In this document: positions 49,600 to 62,693 of the stretch, piece by piece
How positions within the stretch are numbered: position 1 is the stretch's first letter
How the letters are laid out: every line of letters starts with the position of its first letter
Made by a program: the position numbers and the translations under genes
The notes under the pieces: generated by a model
Told to the model about the DNA's origin: nothing
The model's database searches: none
What the model saw: only the letters and a program-made list of their open reading frames with translations
Assembly (NCBI GenBank): GCA_001643675.2
Contig: LSRY02000021.1
Span: 1,054,001 to 1,118,000 of the forward strand
Direction: 5' to 3'
Origin: Monocercomonoides exilis PA203
Taxonomy: Eukaryota; Protista; Preaxostyla
Length of the DNA stretch: 64,000 bases

Positions 49600-50611
49600 C
49601 AGTCGAAAATGGATATAATTACGTCGAATACAATCACGTTCGTTAATAGTCACATTCTTCTGTATATGAACATTTTTTGCTTGTTTTTCATTAATTTCCC
49701 ATCGCATATAATCACAGGACTTTATATACAATCACATTTTGTCTCATAATTCGTTCGTTTCTCAAAGAAAAATCGACTTTTATAACAGAAATCTCAATTT
49801 TTTGATTTTTCAAAAACACATTTTAGAAAGTCTGAACAACATTATAAAACTTTAAAAATTGTTGTTTTTATTGAAAAATGTGATTTTGTGAAGAATTTCC
49901 AAAAATTAAAAAATCGACACATATTTTTTTAATATTTCAGAAATTTTTTTTTAATTTTTCTGTTAAATGTCGCATCTTACATATAGTTCGTGTTAATAAT
50001 GGTGGAAACTTTCAATAACTGTGGACAGTCGCATTTTGACAATTAACCCAATTATTCCCTCAATAATTATAAACTTATAAGTCATACGAAAATGAAACAA
50101 CTTGCTTCTTTCAATAAATAAAATAACATTTCTATTTTTAAAGAAATAAGGAGAAATGGGACAAAATTTTTCGTTTTATGAATTTTGTTCCATTCCACAC
50201 TTACAAATATTTTCATCATTTTCAAAAATTTTTCTTCGTTTTTTGACATGGAGATGAAAGACTAAACATGATAAGGTCGAGGAAAAAGTTTGGAACAAAT
50301 AGTTGGTTTTTTAATAAATGCAAGAATTTTGCCCCAAATAAGATTATTCAAGTTTCTCCGAATTTTCAAAATGTGTTTTTTTAAATTCTGCTGAAAAAGT
50401 TGTTTCATTTCTGTATGTCTTATAAGTTCATATGCATTGAGGGAATAATTAGGTTTATTGTCAAAATGCAACTGTCAACAGTTGTTGAGATAATGCAACT
50501 GCCCACAGTTATTGAAAGTTTCCACCATTATTAACAATAACTATAATCACAATTAGATGTTGTCACAAAAAGTTGTGCAAAAATATATGTGATTATGTCC
50601 GATCAAGATTG
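49600..50611. mobile_element. Diverged copy of the CAGTC MITE (family of 12666-13115), split by a nested insertion
   Basis: TA|CAGTCGAAAATGGATATAATTACGTCGAATACAATCAC at the left; AAAAAGTTGTGCAAAAA...GTGATTATGTCCGATCAAGATTG at the right. Colinear with 12666-13115 apart from the insert. Confidence 0.8.
49986..50541. mobile_element. 556-bp TIR element with long (>100 bp) imperfect TIRs, flanked by TATA on both sides
   Basis: GTTAATAATGGTGGAAACTTTCAATAACTGTGG mirrors CCACAGTTATTGAAAGTTTCCACCATTATTAAC, and CAGTCGCATTTTGACAAT..AATTATTCCCTCAAT mirrors ATTGAGGGAATAATT..ATTGTCAAAATGCAACTG. TATA at 49982-49985 and 50542-50545. Confidence 0.8.
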
Positions 50612-51400
50612 TGTTCCAAATAATAGTGTGTCATTTTCAATTCGAAAAAAACACATTTCCGATTTTCCGAACAAATTTAATTTTTTGAATAATGATAAAA
50701 AGTTAAAAATAATTATAAAAAAGAGTATTTAAAAGATGACAATAACTGCAGTCCATGTCAGACTTTCAAATGTTTTATCCAATTTTGAGACGTATTTTTT
50801 TTATTCAGTGAATTTTTTTTTTAAGATGAAGAATCAGATATATTCGAAGATGAAAGAAAGAAGTGAAATATTTTTCCCATAGAAGAGAAAGTAATACACT
50901 ATTTTTTGGAATTCAACTTGGATGGTGAATGACAAACTGTTTCAACAAAGTGTGTTTCATTTTTTCTTTACAATCCCTCTCAAATCTGCTGAAAGGGGGG
51001 AGAAAATTAGAAAAAAAGCAACATATTTTTCCATGTTCCTCTGAATCAACATGGAATACTGTGTGAATTCTCCTTTTGAAGATTTTGGTTGGTCAGAGTT
51101 ATTTCATATGATGGTTCATGTGAAGAGAGTAAGAATTTGCAGAGAAAAGAGAGTGAGAAAAGAGAATGAACTGTAAAAGATGAAGGAAACGAAGAAAAAC
51201 TTTATTTTCAGAATTTAATTTAAATTTTATAGTTTAAAAAAATTTTTTTGTTGTTGCTTTACTTCATTTTGATGAATCTGGATAATAAATCACTTTAAGC
51301 AAGGATATGAAAATAAATTTTTGTATAGTTTTGTGTAATGAACAATTAAAAAAAAATAGAAAGAAAGAAAAAATCATGATAAAAAATTCAATGAATTTCT

Positions 51401-52860
51401 TCAAACATTCACAAAATAATCAGATATTTTCAACGATAAATAAGGATAGAGTTTTATGTTTAAAGAGTCAAAAGTTTCAAGAAAGCTTGAAATAATATCT
51501 TCGTATCCTTCTTCCTCTATCTTTTCAAATATCACTCTCTTTGATGTCTTCCTAACTTTATCATCTGATTCAAAATACTCTTTTTCTTTCAGTCTTTCAG
51601 AAATATGCAGAAAGAAGAGTAAGCATTCATATGTCATCTTGTCATACAACTTTGGCTGATGAATTTCCTCCAAAACAACATCAACAGCTTCGTTTTTCAG
51701 TAATTCTTCAACTTTTATAACTCTACTTTCTGCGGCATTTTTCAAGGAATAAATACACTTGTAAATAACTTCTCTATGATTATCCTTCACTTCTCGAAAT
51801 ACCTGAACAATGCTCCCTAAAAACCCAACAAGTTCCTCACTCCACAATGCGCACCATGTCAAGTAATTATCAATAGCATTAATCCATCTCCAGATCACAA
51901 TCACTTCTTTCGCTTCTTTTCCTCTTTCTTCTTTTCTCTTCCAATCAACACTTTCTCTCAGCTCTTTCAATTCTCTTGCTGCTTCTCTTCCAAAATGCAG
52001 TTCGTTCACAATAACATCCTCCAAGCTATAGTCTTTGTAAATTCGGAAAATCAAAAACTGCCAAGCTGATTGATATGCAAGTCGTGAAAGATTGTGATGC
52101 TCATGATGATATCTGATGATCGCTTCGATCTCATTCAGATACAGTCCTCTTTTCATTTCCTGTTCAAAAAAGGAGGAAAATACAATTCAACAATATCAAA
52201 ATGGTAATAAGGTTCTCAAACCCAATATCCTATTTCGCTCAAAGCCAGCAACGTCATTTCAACTTCCTTCTGAGTTTCATCGGTCTCGTCTTTCTTCAAT
52301 CCGACTTTTAGAAGACAAGGCACACAAATTGATAGTATTTCCGAAGAAAATCTGTTGTTAAGTGAAAGATAACATTCACAAAGATCTATCAAAAGCTTTT
52401 CGTTTTTTTCTTCTTTTCCCTTTTTTTCTTCAATACTGATCATCTGTTCGAATCTTTTGTTCAGAAAAGATTTTTCAAAGTTGTGATTCCATATATTTTT
52501 CAATGCTTTGTAAAATCCAATGCGCTTCAGCAAATAAAAAGCATTTTCCATTGTTATTTTCTTTTTTCCAATCAACTTGTTCATTTTATCAAATAGTTCT
52601 TTTTAAAAATGGATTTGAATTCTTCCTTATTCATTCCATCAACTATTTCATTCATTTCCCCTGTTTTCTTTCTCTGTTCATCTTCATCACAATCTTCCAA
52701 TCCAGAAAACAATTCTGCAAATAAATATGAATATTAAAAATAAATTCTCAACAATCAAGGATTCAAACGCAACAATTAGCACAAACCATTGAACTTTTTT
52801 GTGTAGACAGTCTCCTGTATTTTTTCAAAAATATTTCGCTCAAAAAAAAAAAATCACCAT
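51401..52860 (-). pseudogene. Member of a lineage-expanded (Monocercomonoides-type) alpha-helical protein family; intron 52221-52160; one frameshift near 52600
   Basis: Family motifs LFSGLEDCDEDEQRKK, EKNEKLLIDLCECYLSL, ICVPCLLKV, QKEVEMTLLALS, NLSRLAYQSAWQFL and FEKIEEEGYED. The intron joins the two ORFs in frame; an A5 run upstream is one base short of frame. 5' end uncertain. Confidence 0.75.
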
Positions 52861-53399
52861 TTTGATATTAACATTTAATTCGCATTTGTTTATAAAGAAG
52901 AAAAAGATGGAGAAACAACATAAAACAATCAAATAAAATATGTGCATTCAAACCGTTCCATCAAATGTTGACATTTTCAATTTGTAATTACAAAGATAAA
53001 GAATTCTTTGTTTTTTCTGTTTGTTGTTATGGAATTTTTGATCAATTTGGATCTTTCGATATGGATATCCGCACAAAATGAGAGTTCAGTGAGTGAACAT
53101 AACCTATAGAATTAGAAATAATATTTTCTGTTGCAACAGCTGGTATGATTGTGATAAGTTGATTTTGAATTTCTGTTGGATGATTTTTTGAAATTGGATG
53201 ACAAACGAAATACAACAATTTTGTTTTTAAATTAAAGCATCTGCATATGTGTATTTTTTATTGTTCTGGTTTATTTTAAAGATGTTTCCATCTGTGGCCT
53301 TCTCAGAGTGCAGGAATCTGATAAATTATAGAAATGGCCATTTCTTTGTTTTTCTGAGGAGAACGTCAGAAGAGTGCTGTGCCGAGAGACAGTCAGCAG

Positions 53400-55740
53400 A
53401 TGGGAATTGCATAATTTTTGTATTCAATTGGAACAGGTGAAGAAAACATATTTGATTGAAAAGCATTTGGTTGAGAATGAAAAGAAGAATGTCAACAATT
53501 AGAAAGCACTTGGAAAGAAAGATAAAATGCCAATTATTTTAATCAGAAAAAAAATGTGGATGATGGTATCGAAAGCAGGATATTTATTGATGAAAATGAT
53601 GATGGAGAAATGAGCACTGAGAAACAATGGAAAAGGAGATTGACAGCATTAGTGATTGACAATCCTCTGCATTTGCGACGGGGAAGATGTATGCGTTCTT
53701 TTGAGGAATTTTTAAAATCAATTCAAAACAAATTTCTTTTTGCTTTGTATCTTTTTTCCCCACTCCAACCAACAGCATTATTTGTGCTGAGCGTCATTCG
53801 CAGGACAATCCATTTAAAGCAGCATTTTTGAAGGCAGTGAGTTTTCTTCTCCTTCTCCTTCGATCTCTTCATTAACGATATTATAGCTTGGCTGGTGGAA
53901 AAAAGGTCTTCTTTGTATTTGAGAATTTGTTGTTTGAATAGCCATCAAATTCTCATGATGCAACACAAAATTAATCTTCCTTCTGTTGTTGCTGTTGGCT
54001 GTTAAGAAATTCGAATCTGTTCATAATGAATGCATTTTCTTCAGATGAGTCTTGTTCGCCTTTGTTGTTTTGCTATTTCTGAGGAGCATCATCAAACTCA
54101 TTTCTTTTCATTTCTCTTTCAGATTCTTCTTCTTTCTTCTTCTTCTCCAAATCAATTGTGGTGCCATTTTCCTTTTGCTCCTCATTCATTACGACACCTT
54201 TCATTGATATTTGCACTTGTTTCACATCTTTCCCCCTCCATCTGAACTTCAGTCTGAAGTTATGCCCAAATGATCCATCTGCTGCTTCTTCTGCTCTCCT
54301 GTTCTCCTGTTGAATGCCATCTCCTGGCAAAGATCTGCACACTTCAGGTTCCATTGAATTTTGCTTGTCTGCAACAGCCTCAACTTCAGCCTCTACCTTC
54401 GCCCCGCCTTCACAAACCTCAGCCGACTCAGCCCTAGTACCTCCACAACCAGTGGAGCTATTGCTTCTTCCAGCTTTCACTGTTTCTCTTTGATTCTCTC
54501 AACAAACTCTCTGTGCGCTGTCGGATACCCACCTTTCTCCTCATTCCCATCACGTCCCTCTCTCCCTTCATCTTCTTTTCCCACTTTTCTCCACTTTTCT
54601 TCTCCTTTCTCCTTCCTCTGCTTCTTCTCGCTCCTCCAGCACTACCAGCGCAATCGCTTCAGGTTACAGAACCAAATCTTCCATTCTCGTCCCCACTTCC
54701 TCCAATTCCTTCTCCACAATATCTCTATCTTCTCACATTGTCTCTTCGTTCAAATTTCACCATCACATGCATCGACTGTTGAAGCAGCTACACTAACCGC
54801 ACGTTCGGCAATTGAAGCAGCGATTGGTCAAACGGATCGAAGATTGAGGGGAATGCTGTTCACATCCTCCACCTTAAATATCCTCTTCCTTCTTTGACTG
54901 CGCTCCCATCAAGGCTGCATGAGACGGAAGCTCTCAAACTGCAGAACTGAAAGGAACATAGAGAATTCCACAAGTCTCATCAAAAAAATTCAATCGTAGC
55001 GTCTGAGGGGACAGAAGCATCAACAGCATCAGCAACAGCAACATGCACTGTTCATTCACCGCGGCTTCCTCAGGCACCACAATTTTCAGCCATCTCTCAT
55101 GTTGTCCATTTCTGTTAATGATAAGTTTGTTGCAGCTCTGGCTGAAGAATGTGAAGAGCTGATTGCAGGCTCAGATGGAGATGATGATGACTGTTCATCC
55201 TCTGCCACCTTCTCCACTCCACTTCCACGTTGCATAAATAGCGATGAAACAGACGAAGAAGACGAAAAAGGATGGGGTGTTGAGAGAAATGGAAAACTGC
55301 TGCACTTTGATGACAACATGAATGTTTTTAAAATACTCCGTCTCTTCTGTTGGCAGCTCCATCAGAAGATCAAGCTCAACATCAGCATTTGGACACAAAG
55401 GCCAATCAGCTGTGAGTTTTTTCAGTATTTGAGGGAAGTGAATTGATGGATCAGGGTTTCTTCAGGCAAAGAATTGAAATGAAAACAAGAAGAAGAAGAA
55501 GAAGAAGAAAAGGGTGATTGTACATGTGATGGCGAAGCCTTGTGAGGCCGATGAGGAGTCTGCAGGATAATAGAAAATATCTTTTGAAGATATATCTGTA
55601 CTGGAGCTGAGGTTGAATCTGAATCAGATTCTGCTGCTTGGGATAATATTGGAAAACAGAGGAAATTGAGAATAGCATTTTATTGTGAGTATTTTGTGGA
55701 GGAAAACGAGCAATATCAAAAGAATAACAAAAATGAAAAC
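53400..55740. pseudogene. Degraded coding-like remnants of unclear origin
   Basis: GC-richer patchwork of short ORFs (54073-54480 -, 55195-55398 -) with no continuous frame or recognisable domain. Confidence 0.3.
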
Positions 55741-55768
55741 TGATTGAAAAAATGCGTAGAGGATTTGC

Positions 55769-55947
55769 GGTATTATCCGAAGATATCATCATCCTCAGAT
55801 GTTTTAGAAATTTTGTCTATAATATAATTACATTAAATGTGCTAATGAAAGACTGTTGCAATTTTTTGGAAGCCTTTTGTTTTTGAGATAAAAACAATTT
55901 TAATTTTTTGATGATCAAAAAATTATTGGCTTATTTTTTAATTTTTG
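55769..55947 (+). repeat. Dispersed ~180-bp repeat, copy 2
   Basis: Aligns by eye with 49091-49270. Confidence 0.8.
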
Positions 55948-56305
55948 AACGATTTATTTATATATAAAAATAATTGAACTGAGCGACAGAATAACGTAAA
56001 TTGAATTTGTATCTTCTACCATAATAGAAAGTTTTTGAAGTTCTAATTTGTTCTTTTATCGATTGGAACAATTTTGGACATGAAATTTAGCGGTATGATT
56101 ATTTGCACATATATTGATACCTTTATTTTCAGAGAAAATTCCATGAGCTAGGATATTTTTAATTTTTTGGTGGAAAATATTAATTCATTATTTCATGTGA
56201 AAATTTTGATGGATTCCACACAAAGTTCTATCACTAACGCATTTGCTACTAATAAGACAAGTTCTTTAATATCATCAATATCTTTTATATCTTCGTCAGG
56301 TTTTT

Positions 56306-59049
56306 TTGTTTTATATTTTTCCAAAAATAATTTTTAGTGAAACTTCATCAGATTTTGCTACGACGAGCAAACTCCGCTTTAATGTTGCAAATTTTAGTGA
56401 AAATGCATACCCAATGATTTTGAAAGATTCTGACCAGAATGGTGAGAGTTCAATAACATTTAAAATTTATCAAGATTCTGAGTTTGAGAACTGTGATCAA
56501 CAATCAGCTTTTTCAGGACATTTTCAAGGAAATTCGTTGTTTCCATGTGCTTCTTCTTCCTTGAATTGTTGTAAGAAAACATGTTCATTTCAAGAATTTA
56601 AGAAAAATCGGAATTGTTCTTTTAACGATGAAATTTGTGAATCCCATACAAATGATTCACTTCAAACAAGAACTATTCAGCAAGATTCCGCGAGCAAAGG
56701 AGATCGTGAAATAATTGAGCATGATAAGAGATTCTCAATTGATGCTGTGCAAGAAATTGAAAAGCAAGATGAGACGCAGTTTAAAGTTGAGGATTGTTCT
56801 TTGGAAAATCAAATAAAAACACATAAAATCTCTTTGAGCGGAAGCTCTCTCGAGGATATTATATTGATGCATATGCGAATACAATGGAAAGAAGATGATG
56901 ACGAAGAATCTATCAGTAATTTGAAGAGAGAAAAAAGATGGGCAAGCCTGATTGAAATGGAAAAAGAATTGAAGACAAAGTATGGCAATATCGATTTCGC
57001 GCCCAGAGAAACGAAACACCCTAACATTCAGAACGAGGCTAGTGCAAGAGCAAGAGCAAAGAGAAAGGCACTTAAGAGTGTATCGAAAGAACGAAAGAAG
57101 CTTATCCAACTTGAGAAGAAGCATGCTATTAAGAATGAGAAGAGGATTAAGTCGCAGATAAAAGACGCAGTTGCCTACAAAAAGCAGTTTGGTGTGTGGC
57201 TCAGAAAAGAAGGAGTCATCGACGAAGACGAGCGGCAAATGTGGAATGAAGCTGAAGAGCAACTGAAACAGAAAGAAGAAGAAGAAGAAAAAGCAGGAGA
57301 CAGAAAAGTTGGAAAAGAAAGGAGGAAAAGTCGATTATTGCGTGAATGCGCACTCCCTGGGCATATTTCGGTAGCAATTGCTTCATCATCATCATCATCA
57401 TCATCATCTTCTTCTTCTTCTTCTTCTTCTTCTTCTTCTTCTTCTTCTTCTTCTTCTTCTTCTTCTTCTTCTTCTTCTTCTTCTTCTTCTTCTTCTTCTT
57501 CTTCTTCTTCTTCTTCTTCTTCTTCTTCTTCTTCTTCTTCTTCTTCTTCTTCTTCTTCTTCTTTGTTGCTCTCTGAGTCAATGTGCAGTGATTCCTCCAG
57601 CAGCAGCGAAAAGCCGACTTGGAAGAGCTGAAGACAGCGCTTGGCGATGCTGAAGAAGGAATGCACGATGACATGGACATTGAAGCATTGACAAGGCGAA
57701 TCAAAAAGAGAGAAAAGAAAGCAAGAGCAAAAGAGAAGGCAAAACGGATGACGGAAAAGGAGCGCCTAAGAAGAGTGCAGAAAAAAGAGGTTGAAACGAG
57801 AAAGAAGAAGCATCGGAAGTGGCAGAGCAAACATCAGCTGGGAAGAGGTGGAAGTTCAGAACAGGGAAAAAATTCTGAGATTTGGGGAGAAGGTGCTTGT
57901 TTATCGGATGATTCTTGTGCATCTGCCTCGTTATCTTCTTTATCGTCTCTGTCATCATTCTCATCATCATCTTCTTCTTCTCCTTCTCCTTCTCCTTCGT
58001 CTTCTTCTTTTTCTTCTTCACATTCTCTTTCGAGATACACATCATACCACTACTACTTGTCTGCTCTCGAAAAAAAGCGGTATAAAAAACAGAAAAAGAT
58101 CGACAAAGCCAACAAACGCAGAACAAAGCGTTTCGAAAGCAAAATCTCGTTTGAGCTTGCAGATGACTGCAATTTGCCCCTTTCCATCTGCTCGCCTCTT
58201 TCTTCTCTTTCTTCTCTTCCCTCCCTTCCATTTCAACCAGATGTTTCGACTTCTTTCTCTTCTATTTCTTCAGTTGATCGGCCATTGCAACAGCAACAGC
58301 AGCAGCAGCAACAACCACAACACACTTCATTTCCTTATCAATCTTTGTCTGATAAATCAAAAATTTCGGATTTTAACCATTTTGTTCCACAATTTTCTCT
58401 TCCTTTCAGTTTTCCAGAGAGCAATTTGTATTCTCAGCAAAAATCTGATTTCTTTTCAGCATCAACAACGAAATCATCATCATCATCATTGTTATTGTCA
58501 AACACTGTGAATGATACAGAATATCAAAAAATTGCCTCTAATTCACTTCAAATGATACATCCAAACGAACAAATGAAGCAGAGCTATGACAATGCTTTCA
58601 ATGTTATGGATGCATCATCATCTTCTTCTCTTCCTCATCTTCCTCCACTCCCTCCTCCACCATCACCACATCCACCTCTGCCTCTACCTCCCCCTTATTC
58701 CTCTTCTCTTTCTCCTCCTCTTTCTCCTCTTTCTTCCCCTCCTTCTCCTCCCTCTCCTCCTCCTCCTCCTTCTCCTGTTTCTCCCATTTCTCCACTTTCT
58801 CCTCCGTCACGTATTTTTGCTCCTTCTCCTCATTCTCCTCCTCCATCCCCTCACTCTCCTTCTTATTCATTGTCCTCCTCCTCCTCCTCTTCTTCTTCTT
58901 CTTCTTCTTCTTCCTCGCTATATTCTTCATCTCCTTTTCAGAACGAAAACACATCTGAATCAACTTTTCATAATCCTCTTGAAGAAACTCCGAGCGATCA
59001 ATCACCTTCTCTCTTGTCTTCTTCTTCTTATTCAAAATCATCAAATTCA

Positions 59050-59080
<31 letters not shown>

Positions 59081-59847
59081 CTTCTTCCACTTCAAATTCT
59101 TCTTCTTCACTTCACTTTCCAACGGAAGAAAACATTTCAAATATTTCATCAAGAAGACCGAAGTCTGAAGATTTCTTTGAAAATTCTGCTTCAAACACTC
59201 CATTTCTAAACCAGCAAATCGATATTTCAAAGCCAAAAGAATATGATTTATCTTATGTGACTGAAGAAAAAATAAATGAATGCTTCAAAAACGCAAACAG
59301 AACAGAGAATTCAGATGACTCCAATCACAAAGCAAGTTTTCAGTCACTAGGATCAATAAACTATCTTATGCCTTCACATCTCAATTCAACTTGCAATCAC
59401 AACGCACAAAATTCTTCATTTGCTCCTTCGGATGATTCTTTTCATTCGGTCACTTCACCTTTCATTGTAAGCAAAGGCACTTATAATAAGTCATCTGAAT
59501 ATCTTTCTCATCCTTCAAAATTCTCGTTATTTCCGTCGTGTTCATCGTCTTCATCAACATTTTCCTCTTCCTCTTCTTCTTCTTCCTCTTCTTTTTCTCC
59601 TTCCTCTTCTTTTTCTTCTTCCTCTTCTTTTTCTTCTTCCTCTTCCTCTTCCTCTTCTTCCTCCCAATCTGATTTCGAACGCATCATGGCACGTGTCAAA
59701 TGCATCTCGTGCGTTGTGCAGCCTCAACAACAAGCTCCCCTTTTCTCTACCCCTCCTTCAGTTCAGCTTCCACTCTCTGCTGCTAAAACTACTTCAACTG
59801 CATCAACTGCACCAACGCAGACGGATTCTTTGACTGATTGCCAATAA
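56306..59847 (+). CDS. Low-complexity Ser/Pro/Lys-rich hypothetical protein; probably one gene split by a 1-nt frameshift at ~57609-57612
   Basis: ORFs 56306-57631 and 57619-59847 overlap by 13 nt. Adding one A to GAAAAG gives continuous SSSEKADLEELKTAL. The second frame is closed at 57589, which confines the switch to a ~40-nt window. 5' start uncertain. Confidence 0.6.
57383..57562 (+). repeat. (TCA)n(TCT)n trinucleotide tract, ~60 units, encoding poly-Ser
   Basis: Perfect tandem repeat, directly visible. Confidence 0.95.
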
Positions 59848-60298
59848 TGAATTGAGGAAAAAGTATTTTTTTGCTTTTCTTTTCTTTTTCTTTTTTCTTT
59901 TTGTGTTATAATTATTGTGTTAATTGCAAATGTTCTATTTTTTAAAGGATTTTTTCGTTTGTTAGTTTGGTGTGGTTTTTGTATAATTTAGTTTTTCAAG
60001 TCTTATTTCAGTAATTTTGTACATCCGGAAATCTCTTGTGTAATTTTCACGTCTGTTGTAATGCTTTTATGCATTATTTTATATATGTTAGAAATGTGAT
60101 AAAAAACAATTTTTTATCAAATATTTTAATCACAAAATAATAATTCACAATATTTTTGGAAAAAAAAGTTGAATTTTATATCATTTTATGAGATTCTTAT
60201 CTCATTCAATTTCTTGATTGGTGTGTTTTTGCTTTTTAATATTTTTCTCCTTTTTTGTGAAAAAAAAATAAAGCATTTATGATCCAGAATAATTCTTC

Positions 60299-62089
60299 AT
60301 GTACCAAGGTATGTAACGTGCTTTTATGCTATTTTTTGTTATGTCGGAATCTTCAATACATTATTTATAAATATTTATTATAATGATTTATGTTCTTTGA
60401 ACTTTGATGCTTGAAAAATATTTTTATTTTCTTTTTTATTTCAGGCGTTGGATTGGTTACTCCGCGTGGTACTGCAACAAGCGGGCATATAACAAGAAAT
60501 CTTGGGTATGTGCAAACAACTGTTGTTTCCGAGGAAGCTTTGGAAAAAAAGAAAGCCATGAAACCAATACGCCGCGTTCAATCCTCCTCCTTCATGAAAG
60601 AAGAGAAAATGCGAAGAGAAATAGCTCAGCGCTTAGAATCTGGTGAATCTCTTGAGGACATTCAGTTTGCATTTGAATCAAATCAATTTTTCATGTTTAA
60701 ATTTGAAATTTGATAAATAATCTTAGGAAAAGCCTAAATAAACTCAATGAAACAGAAAAACCATTGGCAAAAGCTGTTTCAAATGATGACACAGAAAAGA
60801 TAGAAGATATTGACGAAAGTGATCCTCGATTAGCAGCCTTCAAACAATTTGCTACCCAAAAAAGAACTTTCAACGGTCCAAAGAAACCTTTTGATGCTGA
60901 CAGGCAAGAATTGGATACAAAAAGCAGAGATTATTGGAACTGGAGACGCGAAGCTGATAAGGATGATGGGCCTATGCGATTTCCCAAAGATATGGAAAGG
61001 AGATTGTCAAAGAGAGAGAGAGTAAAGAGAAAGAGAGGGACCGAAAGTGAAGATGGAAAAAATGGAGAAAGTAGAGAATATAGATACGAGCGTGATAAAT
61101 CATCGAAGAAAATAAAATTAGAAGAAGAAGATGATAAAAGACATAAAAGAACGGAGCATAAAGAAAGGGATTACAAAGATAGAAAAGATTCAAAGGAGAG
61201 AGAAAGGGACATCGATAGGCATAGATACAGAGAAAGTGAAAGGAAAAGAGAAGACGAAAGAGAAAGAGAAAGAGATAGGGAAAGAAACAGAGATAGGGAA
61301 CGGGAAAAAGACAGGGACAGGGACAGGGACAGGGATAGGGATAGGGATAGGGAAAGAGATAGGGATAGAGACAGAGACAGAGATAGAGAAAGGGAAAAGG
61401 AAAGGGAAAGGGAAAGGGAAAGGGAAAGGGAGAAAGACAGAGAAAGAGAAAAAGACAGAGAAAAAGAAAAGGAAAGAGAAAGAGAAAGAGAGAAAGAGAA
61501 TGAAAAGAGAAAAGAACAAGAAAGAAAGTCCGAGAAAGTTAGGGAAATGGAAGGAGAAAGAGAAAGAGAATATGAAAGGGATAAAGATAGAGATAAAGAA
61601 AAAGACAAAGAAAGAGACAGAGACAGAGACAGAGACAGAGGAAGGGAAAGAGAAAGGAGTAGAGACAGAGGAAGAGGAAGAAGCAGGGACGATTCTTTCA
61701 ACGATGAAAGTGAAAGCGATTATTCCAGAGAAGAACGTCACTCTAAAACAAGAAATCCGGAGAAAGAGAAAGAGAAAAGCAAATCAAAATCCAAATATGA
61801 AGAAAAAGATAGAAAAATTAAAGAGACATCAAGAAAAGAGAAAGAAAGCGAATCTGAAAGCGGGTCTGAAAGCACTTCAGGAAGCGAATCCAGAAGCGAA
61901 TCTGAGAGCAGAGTCAAGAGAGAGAGAAGAAGGAGAAGTTACAGTAGAAGTGAAAGCGATAGCGATAGCGGCAGTGAAAGTAGCAGCTACAGCAGAAGTG
62001 AAAGCGAAAGTGGAGATGAAAGAAAGAATAAAAGAGAGAGTGAAAGAAGAAGAGAAGCTGAAAAAGACAGAGCAAGGACGAAAAAATGA
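60299..62089 (+). CDS. cwf21: Cwc21/cwf21 (SRRM2/SRm300-like) splicing factor with RD/RE/RS-rich tail (~530 aa; exons 60299-60308, 60445-60664, 60727-62089)
   Basis: The spliced N-terminus MYQGVGLVTPRGTATSGHITRNL matches the conserved MYNGIGLxTPRGSGTNGYVQRNL motif. Introns are GT-AG and phase-consistent. Long RD/RE dipeptide repeats follow. Confidence 0.85.
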
Positions 62090-62693
62090 ATATTTGTGGA
62101 TAGAGCATGCAGTTTTAATAATTAATGAATAATTTTCACTTCACGTTTTTTATTTTTTATGATGAAAAACAAATTATTTCATGTAAAGTTACAAAAGAAA
62201 AAACAAAACATTGGAATAGCGTATTTTGACTTTTAGTGATTTTACACATAAAGTCGTTTTATTTTATATTGTTATTTCACCAAATGTGAAAAAGCAACGA
62301 GTAACAAATTGACAACAACCGAATGGAAAGCGTTTCAGAAAACTTCGGTTAAAAAAAGTGTTTCGTAAGTGTACTAATTATAAAGCAAAAGGATGTACTT
62401 GATCGAATAGTTCAAAGTCCCTTCGAGAAAATATCTAAAAAAAGAGACAAGTCGATCATAACAACGAAAAAATCTGTCAATATCCAAATTGACTTCAATA
62501 AATATTTAAATTTATCACAATAGACATATCAAAAAAATATGCACACTAATGAACAAAAGAAAAAGAAAAAAGAAGAGAAAGATAAGAAAAGAAAAAATTT
62601 TGAAGTGAAAAGTTAAAAACACTATGCAAATAATAGATAAGAAAAGATAAAAAAAAATCAAACAACAAAAAACAAATAAATAAACACTCGTTT

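Noticed and set aside
55195-55430. Faint resemblance of LKKLTADWP...EETEYFKNIH to a UTP20 segment
   Set aside because: Too short and weak to support without a search.
57175-57830. Antisense and alternative-frame poly-Glu/Lys/Phe/Leu ORFs
   Set aside because: They are by-products of the stop-free TCT microsatellite.
61131-62132. Overlapping 333-aa ORF and antisense SL-repeat ORFs over cwf21
   Set aside because: Shadow frames of purine-rich RD/RE repeats.
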